DNA of 64,000 bases from Squalus acanthias. Its lineage: Eukaryota. The DNA is taken from NCBI GenBank assembly GCA_030390025.1, contig CM059426.1, forward strand, positions 184,016,001 to 184,080,000, read 5' to 3'. Shown piece by piece: positions 50,369 to 62,560 of the stretch (positions are counted from its first letter, which is position 1; each line of letters opens with the position of its first letter). The notes beneath the pieces were generated by a model. That model did no database searches and had not been told where the DNA came from. It worked only from the letters and a program-made list of their open reading frames with translations. The translations under genes were made by a program, and so were the position numbers.

Positions 50369-51529
50369 ATGGGGGCTGCAATGATTGGGGGCGTCGTCCT
50401 GCTCCAGCTGAATCGGAGGATACAGAGACGCAGACAGAGAGTGGCAATGATGGCCAGACGGAGGAGGGCCATCAGGCGCATGTACAGGAGAGCTTACCCT
50501 CCCAGGGTATATCGTGAACAGCTCTCCTACATCCATATGTCCGAGGAGCTGTGTTTGCGGAGGCTGCGATTCAGCAAGGAGGTGGTCACTGAGCTCTGCC
50601 ACCTGCTGCAGCCAGATCTGCAGCCTCAGCTGAGGTCCAGGACGTCTCTGTCGGTGGCAGTGAAGGTCACAGTGGCTTTGAACTTCTATGCCACTGGCTC
50701 ATTCCAAGCTGCTGTTGGGGACCTCGCCAATATCTCCCAGTTTGCGGTGCATCGCTGCATCCGGCAGGTCACCAATGCCCTCTTCAGAAGGAGACGAGAC
50801 TTCATCTCTTTCCCTATGACCCCAGACAAGCAGCGTGACCGTGCTCTGGGCTTTGCGAGGGTAGCGGGCTTCCCCATGGTGCAGGGCGCCATTGACTGCA
50901 CGCATGTGGCTTTGCGTGCTCCGCGAGAGAATGCAGAGGAATTCAGGAACAGAAAGGGGTTCCATTCCTTGAATGTGCAGTTGGTCTGTGACCACAGACA
51001 GGTGATACTCGCTGTCAATGCCCACTATCCGGGCAGCTGCCACGATGCTTTCATCCTGCGCCAGACTACTGTGGCAGAAGTTTTCGAGGCACCGCATCAG
51101 CCAGTTGGTTGGCTTCTGGGGGACAAGGGGTACGCATTGAGCACCTGGCTGATGACACCGCTCCGTACGCCAAACACCCCTGCTGAGCTGCGGTACAATG
51201 AAAGCCATCAAGCAACCAGGAACATTATTGAGCGCACAATCGGCGTGCTGAAACAACGGTTCCGCTGTCTGGACCATTCCGGAGGAGCCCTGCAGTACTC
51301 GCCTGAGCAAGTTTCGAACTTCGTAGTCGTGTGCTGCATGTTGCACAACATGGCAATCCTCAGGACCCAGCCAATGCCACCAGGCCTTGTAGCACCACCA
51401 GAGGAGGAGGAGGAAGAGGAGGAAGAGGACGAGGACGATGATCATCAGCAGCACCAAGGCAGGAGGGCGGCCCACAATGGTCAAACTGCAAGGGCCGTCC
51501 GTCAACGACTAATAGCAAGCCGCTTCTAG
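50369..51529 (+). CDS. Harbinger DDE transposase (HARBI1-like), 386 aa, single exon
   Basis: First ATG at 50369. Motifs GAIDCTH, NRKGFHSLNVQLVCD, PGSCHDAFIL, LGDKGY, RNIIERTIGVLKQRFRCL, CCMLHN; acidic tail. Confidence 0.95.
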   Translation: MGAAMIGGVVLLQLNRRIQRRRQRVAMMARRRRAIRRMYRRAYPPRVYREQLSYIHMSEELCLRRLRFSKEVVTELCHLLQPDLQPQLRSRTSLSVAVKVTVALNFYATGSFQAAVGDLANISQFAVHRCIRQVTNALFRRRRDFISFPMTPDKQRDRALGFARVAGFPMVQGAIDCTHVALRAPRENAEEFRNRKGFHSLNVQLVCDHRQVILAVNAHYPGSCHDAFILRQTTVAEVFEAPHQPVGWLLGDKGYALSTWLMTPLRTPNTPAELRYNESHQATRNIIERTIGVLKQRFRCLDHSGGALQYSPEQVSNFVVVCCMLHNMAILRTQPMPPGLVAPPEEEEEEEEEDEDDDHQQHQGRRAAHNGQTARAVRQRLIASRF

Positions 51530-51823
51530 GGCCCCTGCCATTGCTACAAACACTAATCAACCCAGCACGCAACCCCTAAGCCGGCCAAGGCACCAATAAT
51601 TCCAACCACCAGCCATGTATATTTTGAATACAGAAACTTATTTATTTTACAAACTCTGTGTGTGTCAATTCCTCATGACAAACTCATAGAAATAAACACA
51701 AAAAAACAGTCAATAACATAACTGGTTCTCACAACCTGGAGATAATGTCCAAAACACTAAACAAAAGTTGGACCATGAACCTCGACCTTTAATAAAAAAA
51801 TGACCAGCATTTTGTCACACCTC

Positions 51824-53700
51824 CTACTTTTTGCCCTTCGAGGGTGATCTCCTTCCCTTGCGCACTTCCCCCCTTCTAACCCTACTGCTCCTCCGTAATG
51901 GGACCTCAGTGGCTGCAGCAAGGCTGGTGGAAGGCTGCTGCTCGTCAGACCCTGACACTGCAGATGCCCCTGAAGGACGGCCTCGACCACTTCTGGGCCT
52001 GGAGGGCCCGGCTGCAGACTGCACCAACTCTGCATGGGCGGCAGCAGTCTGTCCTACAGGCGGTGGCAAGTGCAGTGGAGAAGTGACAGTGTTGGCAGCA
52101 GGAATGCTGTCATCGTGAGAGAGGACAGCAACTCCCTGCTCGCCCGACACACTGGCACTCCCACGGGGCAGCACTTCAGCATCCGGAGCAATCTGCCGGA
52201 GAACAGATTGCTGGCCTGCTGCGGCGCGGTGACAGCCCCGGGGACATGTGCACGAACCATCGAGGTTGGCAGCAGTCTGTGCTCGCGTGGCCTCCATCTG
52301 AGTCTGTATGAGAGCAGTCAGAGGTGGGATCACGGCAGCCAGTGACTGAATTGCAGCACTAAGCGTTAGTGTGGCATCCGCCTGTGCTACAGCGAAGTGC
52401 TCCACACTCCTTGCCAGTGACTCAATGCAATCGGGCACCCTTCCCACTGCACCCATGAGCTCAGTGTGCATGCCCACCGCCTGGGTGTTCATTTCTGCAA
52501 TCAGCCGCTCCTCCTCTGCGTCCATTGCAGTAGGAGTGTCTGGCATACTCTCCCTCTGGGGAGAAGGCCCCCGTTCTTCCCTACCCCCCCCATGGCGTTG
52601 CTGCAGCCCGCTGGGTCCTGGAGCTTCACCATCATCAGCCCCTTCCCCCCTGCTCCCCTCCGGGGAAGGCGTGTTCCCAGTGTGGGCATGGGCTTCCTCG
52701 GGAGAGGGTGGCACTGATGCTCCGGCTTCCTCTTCCTCCTCAGCTGCAGCATCACTCCCAGTGGCAGCTTCAGGGCCCGTCTCCTCAGCTGGTGAATCAC
52801 CATCTGAAAGCAGGGAGGTACAAGAGTGGCTTTAGCGTGAGGACAGGGTGGCAGTAAGGGAGGAATAAGTGCAGCGAGTTAGCAAGTTGGATTGAAAGTG
52901 TCAAAGGCTGGTGTTGTGAGGGACAAGTGGAAGGACAGAGGACAAAAAGGTGATGACCTTACCATTGCTGTCCAGAACGGGGTCGGCGTCTCCAGTGGCG
53001 ACGGGACCGATCACCCGGCTTGTCACAATCCTGTGGACGCACTCCTCCAGATCGCTGAGGGGTTGCAGCTGAAGCCGCCCTCCACCTGTCCGTTGCTGCT
53101 GTCTCCTATTATGAGCCAACTTAGCCTGCAAGAAAAAGGACAGCATCTGAGTAAATATGCAGCCATGGTCTTGCCTGATGTGCCTCCCATAGGTGAATAG
53201 CCCTTACAATATACAGCCATGGTCTTGCCTGATGTGCCTCCCATAGGTGAATAGCCCTTACAATATACAGCCATGGTCTTGCCTGATGTGCCTCCCATAG
53301 GTGAATAGCCCTTACTGTATGCAAAGTGTGGAATGTGTGTGTGTGTTTGATGAAAGGGCCATAGGTGTTGGATGAGTGTTGTGCATTGGGGTTTTAAGAC
53401 CCTCTGGCCATAGAGTGAGGTTGAGATGGAGGGATGGAGAGGTATTGAGAAAAAGCCACTCACCCTGACGACCCGAGTGAGGTCGTTGAACTTTTTGCGG
53501 CATTGAGTATGGGTCCTGGGCACCATGCTCCTGGAGGAGACGCTCTGAGCCACCTCCCTCCACACTCTTCTGAACTCGCGTGGCAAAGGCCTCCTGCCAC
53601 TCTCAGGGAACAGCATACATCGTCTGCGCTCCACTGCGTCAACCAGAGCATCCAAGGCCCGCTCGGTGAAGCGATGAGCGCGTTCTCTCACCCTCTCCAT
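51824..53700 (-). CDS. Harbinger Myb/SANT-like DNA-binding protein, 3 exons (53700-53464, 53125-52963, 52803-51824), ~459 aa
   Basis: Exon 1 MERVRERAHRFTERALDALV..WREVAQSV..RTHTQCRKKFNDL. GT-AG junctions (gtgagt/cttgcag phase 0; gtaagg/ctttcag phase 1) join all three open exons in frame. Confidence 0.85.
53160..53315. repeat. 54-bp tandem repeat (~2.9 copies) in Myb intron 1
   Basis: CAGCCATGGTCTTGCCTGATGTGCCTCCCATAGGTGAATAGCCCTTACAATATA starts at 53160, 53214 and 53268. Confidence 0.95.
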
Positions 53701-56219
53701 ACTTGGCAGCAAAATGGATTACAGGTCTCTCCAGGCCGAGATTCAAGGCTGCAATGAGCAGGGTGTGGCTGGGGAGCAAGTGGCCCCCCCCGCTTTAAGA
53801 AGTGTCCGGCGCCAGTGTGTCTGTGTTCCCTCGCTAACTGGCAGCAGCTGCGCTGCGCTCGCGCGCTGAGTTAGCGCCTCACTCCTTGGCCTTTGCGCCT
53901 TAAGAGAGGTGTGCAGCGCCTGCTTTAGCGCTCCACTCACCTCCCGGGGCGGTAAAAGTGAAGTTTCCTGTCAGTGCCGATAATTAGCGCCAGGCGCTAA
54001 TATTTGCGTCCGGACGATATTTGCGCCCCAAATGGGGCGCGACCTAATTTCTACCCCTTGGACTATAACCTGGTGTTGTGCGACTTCTCACATTTGTCCA
54101 CCCCAGTCCAACACCGGCATCTCCACATCATCGAGATTATTACAGCATTGGTAATTCCCAAAACAACTGTCTTTTGCTAAGTGGAAGTTCATTTCTGTGG
54201 ATTTACACCCTTCAAAGTTGCTGGTTTCCTGTTTTCTTGGCGTTGTGCCAGTCTTCCAAAATAAAGAAAATAAGTAGTTTATAAAGTTGCCATGACTATT
54301 TGGCCCACAATGTCTCCACCAACTCTTTGATGAAGTGATCCAAAACTAATCCCATTGCCTTGCTCCCTCTTCTCTCCCCTCCCCCACCTTGGCCCTGTAA
54401 CTCCTTTGCTACAAATGCTCATCTACTCTTCTCTTACAAGCTGCATTGTCACTACCTCGACTACTCAAAATATAGCAAATGTATTGGCCAGGAATCAAAC
54501 CCAGGTCTCACATTGTTGAATTCTAATGCTTTCTCCAAGGAGCTCCTCGTAAATGTGTTTTGTTGCTAAAGAACCCTCTTGTGAAATACACATGCACTGC
54601 ACTGTAATACAGTGTTCTCAATCTGCAGCCTAATACTTACCATTCTAGATAGTCAAGTGCACTTCATCAAACAAAAGCACAAAAAAACGCTGTCGGAGAG
54701 GTTTTACAGCCCAAGTGCCAGAACGTAGAATAACCATCATACTTAATACTCTGTGCATTACTCTAGCATCAGTGCAAAGTGGTTTTGCTTCACACCTATG
54801 CTGCAGAATTTGTATAACTGCAGCTTAAATCTGTCATTAGGGCCCAATCTAACGTTGGAGCAAAACTGAGCTTTGAGCTTATACTAATATAAGTTTCGTG
54901 TCAATGTGAACCAAAAGCTACTTTGTGCCAATGCTCAACTTTTATTGTCGGTCAACCCCAAGTAACACAGTAGCATTCCGTATCTGTGTGCTGTTGTTCA
55001 AATGTTAATTACAGCACCATTATACATTTACCAGTGCTTGTAATCTAATAATGCACATTGCTTGAGCGGGAAGTTGATTGTAATTTTTAAGCCATTTCTT
55101 ACAGTTGCACTGTTTGTGGAATTACAAAGGCACCATAGCACGATGTCATTTGGTCATGAAACTCTGTGCATTGGCCTCAGGGATTAGGGTTTCTGGCTTT
55201 CGCTGTTTATTTTGGACATTTTCTGGTTGAAGTAAAAGTTGAATTTTTCAGTGCTTCTCATTTTTATTTTGTAAAAAAAAAATGTAGAATCCAAGCAAAA
55301 TCTTGGCACAAATTCTAAAGATTGGTTTGACAACACCTCTGCTTCAGCTGATAGGAGTTTTCACTGAAGAGAGAATTTAGCAGCAGTCTATCAGCAGGGA
55401 AAATAAGAGTGTGGGCGTGGGATCCAAAGCTGACCTTGTTATATCAAGAAAGAGCTAGTTCATGTCGTAAGCAATTAAAAAACAATTTAGGTTTTCAGTC
55501 GGTGCTGTGGCCAACGACCACCAATTACACTTTCTTTTTAAAATTGGGGGAGAAGAGCAAGGGCTTTATCGGGTTTCATTGGTTTAACCCAACAATTGGA
55601 AAGCCTGGTTGTAATAAAGGATCTACCAACTTAAAACATTTGAAAAGTATTTTGACAAGTTAGTGGTTTACTTTTAAAAGGAAATCTTTGATTTTTAAAC
55701 CAAGCTACTTAAAATACATAAAGGGCAAAGCAGATGGAAAGCAGCAGTGATTAACATACAAATAGAGTTGTACTGATGCAGCTGATATCAGAGAATCAAA
55801 GAATTTACAGCACAGAAGAATGCCATTTGACCCATCTTACATGTGTCAGGGTTGTCTACTCTAATCTTACTTCCATTTCAAATGCTTTCTTATTTAAAAG
55901 AGGACTGAATTATACTGTCTATGCTTCAATTGCCGCTTATGATAAAGCGTTCCATGTTCCAATATCCCTCTGAGGAAAACATTTCTTCTGACTTGCCTTT
56001 GTTCTTCTGGTGATGGTAAGAACATAAGAAATAGGAGCAGGATTAGGCCATTCAGTCCTCCGAGTCTGCTCCGCCATTAAATAAAATCATGGCTGACCTT
56101 CGACCTCAACTCCACCTTCTTGCAAAATCCCCATATCCCTTGGTTCCCATAGTATCCAAAAATCTATCGATCTCTGTCTTGAATATACTCGGGTTATAGT
56201 CCAACAGTTTTATTTGAAA

Positions 56220-56257
56220 TCACAAGCTTTCGGAGCGGCTGCTCCTTCGTCAGGTGA
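56220..56257 (-). ncRNA. Minimal type I hammerhead ribozyme in the Penelope fragment 56191-~56546
   Basis: Reverse strand TCAC-CTGACGA-A-GGAGC-AGCC-GCTCC-GAAAGCTT-GTGA; core intact. Confidence 0.8.
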
Positions 56258-57533
56258 AGTGAAGAAATACAAATGGGCACAGCATATATAGACAGAGAAC
56301 AATGCCTGTGCAGAGAACAATGCCAGACAACTACAGTTAATCTTTCTGACTGCCCTTTATCACACCTCGGCAGAGAGACAATCACGGCAATCAAATCCAA
56401 CCAGGTCAGTCAGGAAGACATTACATCAAAGACAATAGCAAAATACAACAAAGACAATGAGGTGGGGTCACAGGGGGTCCAATGTGGCAGAGGCTGCAGT
56501 CTGTATGGAAAACCAAAAACTTTAAACTTTTTACTTTTTTTACTGGACGACTGAGCATCCATAGCCCTCTGGGGTAGAGAATTCCAAAGATTCACCACCC
56601 TCTGAGTGAAGAAATTTCTCCTCATCTCAGTCCTAAATGGCCGACCCCTTATTCTGAGACTGTGACTCCTAGTTCTAAACTCCCCAGCCAGGGGAAACAT
56701 CCTCCCTGCATCTACCTTGTCAAGTCCTGAAGAATTTTATACATTTCAATGAGATTACCTCTCATTCTTCTAAACTCTAAGGAATATAGGCCTAGTCTAC
56801 TCAATCTCTCCTCACAGGACAATCCCCCCATCCCAGGAATCAGTCTAGTGAATCGTTGTTGCACTTCCTCTAAGGCAAGTATATCCTTCCTTAGGTAAGG
56901 AGACCAAAACTGTACACAATACTCCAGGTGTGGTCTCACCAAGGCCCTATATAATTGCAGTACGACTTCTTTACTCTTACACTCCAATCCTTTTGTAATA
57001 AATATTAACACACCATTTGCTTTCCTAATTGCTTGCTGTACCTGAATATTAACTTTCTGTGATTCATGTACAAGGACACCCAGGTCCCTCTGAATACCAA
57101 CATTTCCCAATCTCTCACCATTTAAAAAATATCCTGTTTTTCTATTTTTCCGACCAAAGTGGATTTCTCCACGTTATATTCCATCTGCCACCTTCTTGTC
57201 CACTCACTTATCCTGCCTTAATCCCTTTGCAGCCTCTCTGCATCCTTCTCACAACTTACTTTCCACCTAGCTATCATCAGAAAACTTGGATACATTACAC
57301 TTGGTTCCCTTTTCTAAGTCATTGATATAGTTTGTAAATAGCTGAGGCTCAAGCACAGATTATTGCGCTACCCCATTAGTTATAGCCTGCTAACCCAAAA
57401 ATGACCCATTTATTCCTACTCTCTGTATTCTGTCCGTTAACTAACCCCCAATCCCATGATCCCTAGATTTGTGTAATAACCTCTTGTGTGGCACCATCTC
57501 GAATGCCTTCTGAAAATCCAAGTACACTACATC

Positions 57534-60500
57534 AGTATCCGTCATGGTAACCATGAAACTATCGGATTGTTGTAAAAACCCATCTGGTTCACTAATGTCC
57601 TTTAGGGAAGGAAATCTGCTGTCCTTACCTGGTCTGGCCTATATGTGACTCCAGACCAAAGCAATGTGGTTGACTCTTAATTGCCCTCTGAAATGGCCTA
57701 GCAAGCCACTCAGTTGTAACAAACCGTTACAAAACAAAAGAATAATAAAAATGAAACCGGACGGACCACCCGGCATCGACCTCGGCATCGGCTACAGACA
57801 TGGCAACAGCACACCCAGCCCAGTCAACCCTGTAAAGTCCTCCTCACCAACATCTGGGGACTTGTGCCAAAATTGGGAGAGCTGTCCCACAGACTAGTCA
57901 AGCAACAGTCATACTCACAGAATCATACCTTTCAGCCAATGTCCCAAACTCCTCCATCACTAATCCTGGGTATGTCCTGTCCCACCGGCAGGACAGACCC
58001 ACCAGGGGTGGCGGCACAGTGGTATACAATCGGGAAGGAGTGGCCCTGGGAGTCCTCAATATTGACTCCGGACCCCATGAAGTCTCATGGTTCAGGTCAA
58101 GCATGGGCAAGGAAACCTCCTGCTGATTACCACCTACTGCCCTCCCTCAGCTGATGAATCAGTACTCCGCCATGTTGAACACCACTTGGAAGAAGCACTG
58201 AGAGTAGCAAGGACGCAGAATGTACTCTGGGTGGGGGACTTCAATGTCCATCACCAAGAGTGGCTCGGTAGCACCACTACTGACCGAGCTAGCCGAGTCC
58301 TGAAGGACATAGCTGCCAGTCTGGGCCTGCGACAGGTGGTGAGAGAAGCAACATGAGGGAAAAACCTACGTGACCTCGTCCTCAGCAATCTACCTGTCAC
58401 AGATGAATCAGTCCATGACAGAATTGATAGCAGTGACCACCGCACATTCCTTGTGGAGACGAAGACCCGTCTTCACACTGAGGACACCCTCCATCGTGTT
58501 GTGTGGCACTACCACCGTGCTAAATGGGATAGATTCAGAACAGATCTAGCAGCTCAAAACTGGGCATCCATGAGGTGCTATGGGCCATCAGCAGCAGCAG
58601 AATTGTACTCCACCACAATCTGTAACCTCATGGTCTGGCATATCCCTCACTCTACCATTACCACCAAGCCAGGGGACCAACCCTGGTTCAATAAGGAGTG
58701 TAGAAGAGCATGCCAGGAGCAGCACCAGGCGTACCTAAAAATGAGGCGCCAACCTGGGGAAGCTGCAACACAGGACAACATTCATGCTAAAAAGTGGAAG
58801 CAGCATGCTATAGACAGGGCTAAGCGATGCCACAATCAACGGATCAGATCAAAGCTCTGCAGTCCTGCCACATCCAGTCCTGAATGGTGGTGGACCATTA
58901 AACAACTAACGGGAGGAGGAGGCTCCATGAATATCCCCATCCTCAATGATGGTGGAGCCCAGCACATGAGTGCAAAAGACAAGGCTGAAGCGTTTGCAAC
59001 CATCTTCAGCCAGAAGTGCCGAGTGGATGATCCATATCAGCCTCCTCCTGAGGTCCCCACCATCACAGAAGCCAGTCTTCAGCCAATTCGATTCACTCCA
59101 CGTGATATCAAGAAACGGCTGAGCACACTGGATACAGCAAAGGCTATGGGCCCTGACAACATCCCAGCTATCATGCTGAAGACTTGTGCTCCAGAACTAG
59201 CTGCGCCTCTCGTCAAGCTGTTCCAGTACAGCTACAACACTGGCATCTATCCGACAATGTGGAAAACTGCCCAGGTGTGTCCTGTCCACAAAAAGCAGGA
59301 CAAATCCAATCTGGCCAATTACCGTCCCATCAGTCTTCTCTCAATCATCAGCAAAGTGATGGAAGGAGTCATCGACAGTGCTCTCAAGCGGCACTTACTC
59401 ACCAATAACCTGCTCACTGATGCTCAGTTTGGGTTCCGCCAAGACCACTCGGCTGCCGACCTCATTACAGCCTTGGTCCAAACATGGACAAAGGAGCTGA
59501 GTTCCAGCTGTGAGGTGAGAGTGACTGCCCTTGACATCAAGGCAGCATTTGACCGAGTGTGGCACGAAGGAGCCCTCGTAAAACTGAAGTCAATGGGAAT
59601 CGGGGGGAACATTCTCCACTGGCTGGAGTCATACCTAGCACAAAGGAGGATGGTTGTGGTGATTGAAGGTCAATCATCACAGCCCCAGGACATTGCTGCA
59701 GGAGTTCCTCAGGGCAGTGTCCTGGGCCCAACCATCTTCAGCTGCTTCATCAATTACCTTCCCTCCAACATAAGGTCAGAAATGGGGATGTTCGCTGATG
59801 ACTGCACAGTGTTCAGTGCCATTCACAACTCCTCAGCTAATGAAGCAGTCCATGCCCGCATCCAACAAGACCTGGATGACGTTCAGGCTTGGGCTGACAA
59901 GTGGCAGGTAACATTCGCACCACAGAAGTGCCAGGCAATGACTATCTCCAACAAGTGAGAGTCTAAGCACCTCCCCTTGACATTCAATGGCATTACCATC
60001 AACATCCTGGGGGTCACCATTGACCAGAAACTTAACTGGACCAGCCACATAAATACTGTGGCAACAAGAGCAGGTCAGAGGCTAGGTATTCTGCGGTGAG
60101 TGTCTCACCTCCTGACTCCCCAAAGCCTTTCTACCATCTACAAGGCACAAGTAAGGAGTGTGATGGAATACTCTCCACTTGCCTGGATGAGTGCAGCTCC
60201 AGCAACACTAAGAAGCTTGACACCATCCAGGACAAAGCAACTCGTTTGATTGGCACCCTCTCTACCACCTTAAACATCCACTCTGTCCACCACTGGCGTA
60301 CCGTGGCTGCAGTGTGTACCATCTACAAGATGCACTGCAGCAACTCGCCAAGGCTTCTTCGGCAGCACCTCCCGAACCCGCGACCTCTTCCACCTAGGAC
60401 AAGGGCAGCAGATGCATGGGAACAACACCACCTCCAAGTTCCCCTCCAAGTCACGCATCATCCTGACTTAGAAGTATATCACCGATCCTTCATTGTCGCT

Positions 60501-60670
60501 GGGTCAAAATCCTGGAACTCCTTCCCTAACAGCACTGTGGGAGTACCTTCACCACACGGACTGCAGCGGTTCAAGAAAGCGGCTCACCACCACCTTCTCA
60601 AGGGCAATTAGGGATGGGCAATAAATGCTGGCTTTGCCAGCAATGCCCACATCCCATAAACAAATAAAAA
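57534..60670 (+). mobile_element. CR1/L2-group LINE with a single EN+RT ORF (disrupted), SINE-like 5' leader and no visible ORF1
   Basis: TSD ACATC at 57529-57533 and 60671-60675. EN starts ~57830 (VLLTNIWGLVPK..GDFN..SDH). RT in the 501-aa ORF 58453-59958 (AMGPD, NYRPISLLS, LDIKAAFD, VPQGSVLGP, MFADD). Confidence 0.9.
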
Positions 60671-62209
60671 ACATCCACCCTGCTAGTTACAACCTCAAAA
60701 AAACGATTTTTCAAACACGATTTCCATTTCAGAAATCCATGTTGACTCTGCTAGTCATATTATGACTTTCTAAATGTCTTGTTACCACCTCCCTACTTAT
60801 ATATTTTAGCATTTTCCCTACTATTGATGTCAGGCTAATTGATCTATAGTTCCCTGTTTTCTCTCTCCCTCCTTTCTTGAATAGTGGGGTTACATTTGAT
60901 ACCTTCTAATCCGCGAGGACTGTTCTAGAATCTAGGGAATTCTTGAAAGCCAAAGCCAACGCATCCACTATCTCTGTAACCACCTCTTTTAAAACCTCAA
61001 GATGTAGGCCATCAGGTCATGGGGATTTTTGGCTTTTAGTCCCATTAACTTCTCCATTGCTATTTCTTTAAGTTCCTCATTCTCACTAGACCCTTGGTTC
61101 CCCGCTATTGCCAGAATGTTTTTGTGCCCTCTTCCGTGAAAACAGATACAAAGATTTTGTTTTAATGACTCTGCCATTTCCTTATTCCCCATTATAACTT
61201 CTCCTGTCTCAGCCTGTAAGGGACCCACGTTTACTTTCACAATCTCTTCCTTTTTACATACCGACAGAAACTTTACAATCTGTTTTATGTCTCTTGCTAG
61301 TTTAACTCATTTTCTATTTTCTCTCTCTTTATTAAGTACTTGGTCATCCTTTGCTGAATTCTAAAATCCTCTCATTCCTCAGGCTTACTACTCTTTTTGG
61401 CAACATTATAAGCCTCTTCCTTTAATCTAATGTTTTCTTTAACTTCTTTTGTTAGCTACGGTTATACCATTTTTCCTGTGGGTTTTTTATTCCTTAAGGG
61501 AATGTATATTCATTGCGAATTATTAATTATTTCTTTAAATGTTTGCCATTATTTATGTACCGTCATATCTTTTAATCTACTTTCCCAATCTACCTTCGCC
61601 AACTTGCCCCTCATATCTACATAGTTTGCTTTATTCAGATTTAAGACCCTAGTTTCAGACTTAACTAAATCACTCTCAATCTCAATATAAAATTATATGA
61701 TATTATGATCACTCTTCCCAGAGGCTCCTTTACCACAAGGCTATTAGTTAACCCTGTCTCATTGCACAATACTAGATCTAAAATAGCCGGTTCCCTAATT
61801 GGTTCCTCGACATACTGATCTAGAAAACTATCTCAAATACATTCCATGAACTTGTCCTCCACACTATTACTGCAAATTTGGTTGCCCAGTCTATATGAGA
61901 ATTGAATACCCCATGATTACTGTATTACCCTTGTTACATGCACCTCTAATTTGCTGATTTATATGGTGGTCGGCACTACAACTACCATTAGGGGACCTAT
62001 AAACTACTCCCACCAGTGTTTTCTGCCCTTTAATCATAAGTCCATAAGTCTGTGTCCCATTGCTACTGATTTTCGAACTAAAACCTTTCATAATTTTGAA
62101 ATCTTCTTTTTAACCTATTTTCTGGTGAAAAAAGCTCCAATTTTTAAGCCTTTTTTCATGATTAAAACTTTTCATTTCTAGCTTCATTTGCATCTACCTT
62201 AGCTGTATC

Positions 62210-62560
62210 ACAAGAGATTTACTGATGAGGAAGGCCATTTTTGCCATCTGGAAGCACTCTAATATCTCCCAATTACAGGATCAATTATTGCTTAAATGAT
62301 TTCAGGGTTTTTGCCAACACTATATCCATATATCGATTCCATGGATTGATGCGTTTTAGTGTAAAGAAGGATCTTCTGCTATTAGTCCTAAATTTCCCTT
62401 TTACTATTTTGCACTCGTGTCCTCTTCTCCTACTCTTGCAATTTGCTTAAAATTAATATTCAACATTTATCTTTTCGATACCTTTAACTGTCTTGGATAC
62501 TTCTGTAAGATTACCTCTTAAAAGTCTCCTATCCAGTCCAAGTTTCTCCAGTGTTTCCTC
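62210..62560 (-). mobile_element. Decayed CR1 3' end
   Basis: GGAAGGCCATT.. tail and LEKLGL..RR..RGNL remnants on the reverse strand. Confidence 0.5.

Larger units (their letters stand above)
49858..54057 (+). mobile_element. Autonomous PIF/Harbinger DNA transposon, apparently intact (4200 bp)
   Basis: TIRs GGGGTAAAAATT / GGGGTAGAAATT (rc); TSD TTG at 49855-49857 and 54058-54060; convergent transposase and Myb genes; CpG-rich palindromic subtermini. Confidence 0.95.
49323..54132 (-). mobile_element. Penelope-like element fragment (GIY-YIG C-terminus + 3' UTR on -, inverted pLTR on +), interrupted by the Harbinger
   Basis: 11-bp TSD GAGATTATTAC at 49312-49322 and 54133-54143. The pLTR AAATAAAACTGTTG|GACTATAACC is split by the Harbinger. 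49323-49560 matches 56242-56520. Confidence 0.85.
56017..62035 (-). mobile_element. CR1 ORF2/3' end, split by a Penelope fragment (56191-~56546) and a LINE (57534-60670)
   Basis: TAAGAACATAAGAA tail; RT peptides at 56712-57110; EN/linker remnants at 60680-62035; related to 1-3050. Confidence 0.85.

Noticed and set aside
50699-52835. Long antisense ORFs over the Harbinger genes
   Set aside because: Shadow ORFs of GC-rich coding sequence with no motifs.
50369-53700. Domesticated HARBI1/NAIF1 host genes
   Set aside because: The genes lie between TIRs and a TSD inside a Penelope fragment and have a MITE derivative, so this is a transposon.
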